Virus record (IMG/VR): IMGVR_UViG_3300031232_000001
DNA length: 64,000 bases
DNA from: an uncultured virus (IMG/VR IMGVR_UViG_3300031232_000001)
Lineage: Duplodnaviria > Heunggongvirae > Uroviricota > Caudoviricetes
Direction: 5' to 3' (one strand)
The notes below the pieces were generated by a model. That model saw only the letters and a list, made by a program, of their open reading frames with translations, had not been told where the DNA came from and made no database searches. This document shows positions 59,232-64,000 of the stretch, in pieces. The first letter of the stretch is position 1. The number at the start of each line of letters is the position of its first letter. A program made the translations under genes and the position numbers.

Positions 59232-59483
59232 TTAAGTATAAAATGGTTTGGTTTTTTCTAATAATTTCAATGTTAATTCGTATGCACGCTGGTGTAAAAT
59301 AATAAACGAGTGCCTGCCTTTGCTGTGATAACAGAGGCGATGGAAGATGTAATTGTAATTTTGTTCAATGTCATCCATTTTGTGAATGGTATTAACAAAA
59401 ATGTTTTTAATATTAACTGCCTTGTAGTCAATATTACTGTTTCCAATCATAAAACTATTCATCTTTGTCAATTTTTTGAACAA
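59232..59483 (-). CDS. Hypothetical protein
   Basis: 83-aa ORF; start uncertain. Confidence 0.3.
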   Translation of the reverse strand: MFKKLTKMNSFMIGNSNIDYKAVNIKNIFVNTIHKMDDIEQNYNYIFHRLCYHSKGRHSFIILHQRAYELTLKLLEKTKPFYT

Positions 59484-59577
59484 AAATTAATGAAAAGATG
59501 ATTAAAAGAAGTACTACAATTCGGAACCAGTTTACTTGATTTTCTGCAATTATCATGGTATTTAAATTTTAGTGTTT

Positions 59578-59838
59578 TTACCGCCTTCTACCAAATTTAA
59601 TATTTGAATTAGTGCGTTTCATCGTTTTACAGTATTTAATTCGGCTGAGGCTGTAAAACCGCAGGAGAATCATATAGGAGTGCCCTTGTGATCTTCGACC
59701 TTTTATTCCACATTTCGTACAATAAAAAATATCATATTGGAATTTCTTGTTGAACATTTTTCGTTTGTTCATTCGTCGAAAATCATGTACCTTGTGAAGA
59801 GGTTGAAGGTCTACGATTACAATTTTATGTGATTTCAT
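59578..59838 (-). CDS. Small basic protein with HxxH/CxxC motifs
   Basis: HKVHDF...CTKCG. Confidence 0.45.
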   Translation of the reverse strand: MKSHKIVIVDLQPLHKVHDFRRMNKRKMFNKKFQYDIFYCTKCGIKGRRSQGHSYMILLRFYSLSRIKYCKTMKRTNSNIKFGRRR

Positions 59839-60119
59839 TAAATTGAATCAGCTAATTGTTCCAACCATTTTTTATTTTGCATATTATCATGTAATTTATG
59901 CAAATTTTTAATTAAGGTATCAAATGAATCTCCTAAAACCACTTGTGATTCAGGGTTAGGAATTTCAGCATATAGGTATAATGCCTCTGATGAGGATGTG
60001 CATAATATCTCCCTTAATACCGTAAGTTTAGGAGTATATCTATCGTAGTTACATAGATAGAGGATTCCTCTTGTTTCTATAGGAATATCTGTTCCTAATA
60101 TGGTTTTTAATTCATTCAT
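59838..60119 (-). CDS. Hypothetical protein
   Basis: 93-aa ORF coupled to its neighbour. Confidence 0.45.
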   Translation of the reverse strand: MNELKTILGTDIPIETRGILYLCNYDRYTPKLTVLREILCTSSSEALYLYAEIPNPESQVVLGDSFDTLIKNLHKLHDNMQNKKWLEQLADSI

Positions 60120-60123
60120 TTGT

Positions 60124-61041
60124 TTATTTTATTAATTGTTTAACTAAATAATTAGCCTCACATTGTGTCATTTCACCAGGATCTCCTGTTATTTTAATGG
60201 CAAATGCATCAATGTTTCTAAATTTTAGATCAGCTACTAATTTATTTGCCTGTATTTTAGCCTGTTTTTCTTCACTTGTCGCACTTTGACCGTCAAAACA
60301 AACAATAACACGTTTAAATAATGTAGCCATCAGTCGTACCTGTTTAATAGAGTATTCAATACCTGATGTAGAAAAAGCATGTTTACCTAATCTCCAAACA
60401 TCCATGTATCCTTCAACACAAATACCAGTTGAGGATTTCCAGCAATCCTCATGTCCATATAAAATGTCCTTATGTGAGATAATTTCAAATTGTTTTGGAC
60501 ATGCTTGGTATTTATTAATTGCCTTGTCCGTTATGTCTCGGGCGTCAAAAGAAACTATTTGATCACTCCACATAATTGGAATGATGATTCGGTGTTTGTA
60601 ATTTAGTTTATCAAGCATCGCAATAGGTCCCGTCCCAAGTAATTTCCATTCTTGTTCTAAATAATCAGGATCAAATTTTCGTTTTTCTAAATAATGTTTA
60701 TGATTCCATAATAATTCGGAGGTGTTGCTGGGCAGTTTAAATTCCTTTTTATTTATTACTTTTTCTTCCTTTGTTCGATAAGATTTACCACCATATTGCT
60801 TTATAATTTCTTTAGCCTGTTCTGTGTTTACATTAAGCAGTTTGGAAATAGTCTTATCGGTAGGATGCCATCCGCAACGCCAACAATTAAAATGATTAGT
60901 AGATAAATCATAACCAAGATGAGGACCGGGATTGCCCGTACAAAAAGGACAGTCTACATTGACCCATCCCGGCCTACAATATTTATATCCCTCCGTGTGC
61001 AGAGGGATATTAAAATCGTTGAGAAGTTGAACAATGTTCAT
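60124..61041 (-). CDS. DNA primase (zinc finger plus TOPRIM)
   Basis: CPFC...FNCWRCG, RIIIPI, VEGYMD and CFD. Confidence 0.85.
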   Translation of the reverse strand: MNIVQLLNDFNIPLHTEGYKYCRPGWVNVDCPFCTGNPGPHLGYDLSTNHFNCWRCGWHPTDKTISKLLNVNTEQAKEIIKQYGGKSYRTKEEKVINKKEFKLPSNTSELLWNHKHYLEKRKFDPDYLEQEWKLLGTGPIAMLDKLNYKHRIIIPIMWSDQIVSFDARDITDKAINKYQACPKQFEIISHKDILYGHEDCWKSSTGICVEGYMDVWRLGKHAFSTSGIEYSIKQVRLMATLFKRVIVCFDGQSATSEEKQAKIQANKLVADLKFRNIDAFAIKITGDPGEMTQCEANYLVKQLIK

Positions 61042-61042
61042 T

Positions 61043-61345
61043 TTACATAGGTTGTAATTGATTTACTAGGCCGATAAATGAAACATTTTTACGTTTTTGA
61101 ACATCCCAAGTTTCATAAACCCAAAATCCACGTTTACGAGTTTTTATCCATTTTTGTCTTTTTAAATGTTTCCTAAATTCTGGAAAGGACATGTTTTCCG
61201 GACGGGCATTTAAAATTAAGTTGGAACGGAAAATTTCAACTTCCTTAACGGTTTTTACAGGTTGAATTTTTATTGGTTCCTTTTCTGCAACAGTGGTAAA
61301 CAAATCGGTAATCCATAGCCAAATCATCTTAATTACATTTTTCAT
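61043..61345 (-). CDS. Hypothetical protein
   Basis: 100-aa ORF. Confidence 0.4.
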   Translation of the reverse strand: MKNVIKMIWLWITDLFTTVAEKEPIKIQPVKTVKEVEIFRSNLILNARPENMSFPEFRKHLKRQKWIKTRKRGFWVYETWDVQKRKNVSFIGLVNQLQPM

Positions 61346-61356
61346 GATAATAAAAT

Positions 61357-63132
61357 TTAGTTATTAATATAATCGTTCATTAATTCCTCAAATAAATTTG
61401 TAGATTCTGCCTTTGTTCCATTTATAACGGTGGAAATTGTTTTTCTTTTTTCGTCCAGTAATTTACCAATTCGTTCCTCAATTGTATTAATGGACATCAT
61501 GTAATATACTATTACCGCAAATTTTTGGGTAATCCTATGTATTCGATCAATTACCTGATCTAATTTACCAGGTGTCCATGGAAATTCAATTACTACAATA
61601 TTATAGGCGGCAGTAAGAGTTATCCCTACACCACCTGCCGAAGAAATTACCATTAATTTAACATCCTTACTTTTTTGAAATTTACTAATATTTTCCTGCC
61701 TTTTTTCTGATTTAACAGAGCCGTCTATTTTCCTTGCAATTTTGGAATATCTTTGCATCAATTGGTCGATAATAAATTTATGATGGGCAAAAACTACCAA
61801 TTTATCATTTGATTCTAAAAAATTATCAATCCATTCAAAAACTTGTTTCATTTTTCCTTGCACTGCCAATTGTTTTAACACGTTCATTTGTGTTAATATT
61901 TCAGCCGCTGAAACACGTTCCACTTTATCTTCGATATGTTTATTCCTTGCTGCCTCAATTGCCAGTGTAGGCTCTATATTGATGTTGTATTTTTTAGTAA
62001 AGCTTTCTATACTTTCAATAATATTTTCAATTGCATGTTGATCCTCATCAAATTTAGCTCCTGTTGATTTCCGAATAAATTCAATAAAATTATTTTCAGC
62101 AAAACGGTATTCCTTTTCGTTATCTATTTCAAGAGGAACAAAGGTATATGATTTATTTGGAAGTTCTGGGAGTACATCTTGCTTTAGGCGTCTAATCATT
62201 ATGGTTGAAACAAGACGGGAATGGAGTTCCTTGGAGTTAGAAGCCCCGCTAAAATCCCAACTAAATCCATTATGTTTGCCGTCACAATAGGTTCGGCCAA
62301 ATGTAAGCCAATCGGGGCAATTTTTAGGATCAAGTAACATCCAAGCGTTATATATTTCACTTGTTCGGTTTTCAATTGGTGTTCCTGATATAAGGACTAT
62401 ATTTTTAGATTTATTTGCTATTTTTTTTGTGTGAAAAGTTTGTTTGGCTGAATTGTTTTTTATGTTCTGACATTCGTCCACAATCACTACCGCGGCATTC
62501 ATCTGTTTTAATTGTTTCCTCCAGTGATAAACGATATTATAATTAATAACAACTATATCCCCTGTAATTTCTTCGGGTGTTTGTGTAGATAGTATTTGGA
62601 CATTTGGAGAAGGTGTCATCCATTTTTTGCATTCTCGTTTCCAATTCAGTTTAACACAATTAGGACAAATAACAATAACAGGACGTATTTCAGGATGTAA
62701 TTGTAGCCAAGCAATACTTTCTATCGTTTTACCAAGTCCTTGATCGTCTGCAAGCAGTGCACCGCGGCCGTTTAATTTTTTATAGTGATCAATTAGTGAA
62801 ACCCCTGTATTTTGAAAAGGTCTTAACGTTCCGTTTAACCCTGGAATTTCAATTTGTTTTGCGTTTCTTCGTTCTGTGTATTTTACAAGATAGTTTGTTA
62901 GATTGTCACTGAGTTTATAATGCCAATTTTGTAATATGTTAATATATTCAATAGACAGAGGTACTTCCCAATGCTGTTTTGCTTTGTTGTAGGTACGAAT
63001 AGGAAGGGTTTTGATTTGTTCAATGTTTTTAAAATCGAAAGGGAATCGGCATTTAATTATCCGATTCCCTTGTTGATTAATTCCAATTGCAGCCGTTTTA
63101 AAAACTGTACGGTGATAAATTTTAGTTTGCAT
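61357..63132 (-). CDS. SNF2-family helicase (HARP/SMARCAL1-like)
   Basis: LRPFQ, LADDQGLGKT, DECQ, SGTPIEN, GITLTAA and Q..DRIHR; ATG at 63132 preferred. Confidence 0.9.
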   Translation of the reverse strand: MQTKIYHRTVFKTAAIGINQQGNRIIKCRFPFDFKNIEQIKTLPIRTYNKAKQHWEVPLSIEYINILQNWHYKLSDNLTNYLVKYTERRNAKQIEIPGLNGTLRPFQNTGVSLIDHYKKLNGRGALLADDQGLGKTIESIAWLQLHPEIRPVIVICPNCVKLNWKRECKKWMTPSPNVQILSTQTPEEITGDIVVINYNIVYHWRKQLKQMNAAVVIVDECQNIKNNSAKQTFHTKKIANKSKNIVLISGTPIENRTSEIYNAWMLLDPKNCPDWLTFGRTYCDGKHNGFSWDFSGASNSKELHSRLVSTIMIRRLKQDVLPELPNKSYTFVPLEIDNEKEYRFAENNFIEFIRKSTGAKFDEDQHAIENIIESIESFTKKYNINIEPTLAIEAARNKHIEDKVERVSAAEILTQMNVLKQLAVQGKMKQVFEWIDNFLESNDKLVVFAHHKFIIDQLMQRYSKIARKIDGSVKSEKRQENISKFQKSKDVKLMVISSAGGVGITLTAAYNIVVIEFPWTPGKLDQVIDRIHRITQKFAVIVYYMMSINTIEERIGKLLDEKRKTISTVINGTKAESTNLFEELMNDYINN

Positions 63133-63619
63133 AAACCTCAACTTTTTCGATAAATGTAAGGTATTGATTACAATATTCTGAATTATTATGTACTGCAATT
63201 ACCTTTTTCTTAAACTCCTCTAAACTACCTTTAAAACAACCGCAAACTACTTGCACATCTTCTTTTCCAGTCCAATACACAGTGGTTTGCCTCTGCCTAG
63301 AGCCTATCCGCGGTGAAACAATACGTTGCGGATTTTCTTTATAACCACTGCAATCACTGCAACTACTGCAATTACTGCAATACCTGCAATCACTGCAACT
63401 ACTGCAATCCCTGCAACTACTGCAACTACTGCAATAACTGCAATACCTGCAATACCTGCAATCACTGCAATTACTGCAATTACTGCAATACCTGCAATCA
63501 CTGCAATCCCTGCAACCAATTAATGTTTTACTTTTTGCAGTTGCTGTTTCCAGCGTTTCCACCTCTGTACTCCACTTGTTATTGTTTTCATCTACGTAAA
63601 AACCATCAATTTTTTTCAT
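63122..63619 (-). CDS. Cys-rich (Cxx)19 repeat protein
   Basis: 19 Cxx units followed by an IGSR...TT...CGCF.G.LEEF domain. Confidence 0.7.
   Translation of the reverse strand: MKKIDGFYVDENNNKWSTEVETLETATAKSKTLIGCRDCSDCRYCSNCSNCSDCRYCRYCSYCSSCSSCRDCSSCSDCRYCSNCSSCSDCSGYKENPQRIVSPRIGSRQRQTTVYWTGKEDVQVVCGCFKGSLEEFKKKVIAVHNNSEYCNQYLTFIEKVEVYAN
63348..63515. repeat. 9-bp degenerate tandem repeat (CTGCAAnnn, ~19 copies)
   Basis: Directly visible; encodes the Cxx repeats on the - strand. Confidence 0.9.
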
Positions 63620-63909
63620 TTGTTTTTATTTTTTAGTTTATAATATCGTTCAGTAAATCTTTTCCTTTCTTTATTTGCTACGATATAAAAAGGAAGATTG
63701 TCTCCGACTATAAAAGGTTGATCACGGAGAGGATAGGCTGGCTGAAACAGGCTTTTGGCTGTTTCCTCGGATATTTCAATCTGTTTAGTTAATCGAATTT
63801 CAAAAAATCGGACAGAATTATTAACTAAACATGCATGTATTTCTACATTATCAAAATTATTCACCCACCGATAAGCCATGTTAGGTTTGGCAATTGCTAG
63901 TGTTCTCAT
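63616..63909 (-). CDS. Hypothetical protein
   Basis: 97-aa ORF coupled to the downstream gene. Confidence 0.45.
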   Translation of the reverse strand: MRTLAIAKPNMAYRWVNNFDNVEIHACLVNNSVRFFEIRLTKQIEISEETAKSLFQPAYPLRDQPFIVGDNLPFYIVANKERKRFTERYYKLKNKNK

Positions 63910-64000
63910 AGATTAGAATTTATATAGATTACACAATCATTAATCAATGCATCATATGGAAAAAATACTTCAATACAATCAATTTTATTGCAATCCTCCG

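Noticed and set aside
63304..63636. CRISPR array, or the alternative ORFs 63304-63519, 63313-63636 and 63326-63523
   Set aside because: It is a 9-bp coding tandem repeat without spacers; the other frames are open only because of the repeat.
1..64000. tRNA/rRNA genes, integrase, host genes or prophage boundary
   Set aside because: None recognised by eye; lifestyle cannot be determined from this window and a tRNA scan was not run.

Overview
The whole window is part of one AT-rich tailed-phage genome, most likely a siphovirus (tail tube, TAC frameshift and tape measure, no sheath). A Bacteroidota host is inferred from TAnnTTTG promoter boxes and signal-peptide or lipoprotein genes. The + arm (1-31778) holds the terminase C-terminus, exported fibre-like genes, portal, head genes, an 11-gene glycosylation island between the capsid and the head-tail joining genes, tail genes and a GH19 lysis cassette. 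A hairpin terminator at ~31784-31815 separates it from the - arm (31793-64000). That arm carries recombination and replication genes: split SbcC, SbcD, RuvC, RecA, SSB, clamp loader, beta clamp, split PolA with an HNH intein, DnaB, initiator, primase and SNF2. It also has a 7-deazaguanine DNA-modification cluster (queD, queE, folE, DpdL-like, dpdA; no queC in the window) containing a radical SAM enzyme and a glycosyltransferase. Best candidates for new biology: (1) a possibly glycosylated or otherwise hypermodified 7-deazaguanine DNA base; (2) a virion-glycosylation island; (3) a recurring M-x-R-T/S-K peptide on unrelated proteins; (4) a lysozyme-like domain in frame with PolA; (5) a two-hairpin leader RNA with complementary loops ahead of the initiator gene. 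All family calls come from motif recognition by eye; no database search was run.
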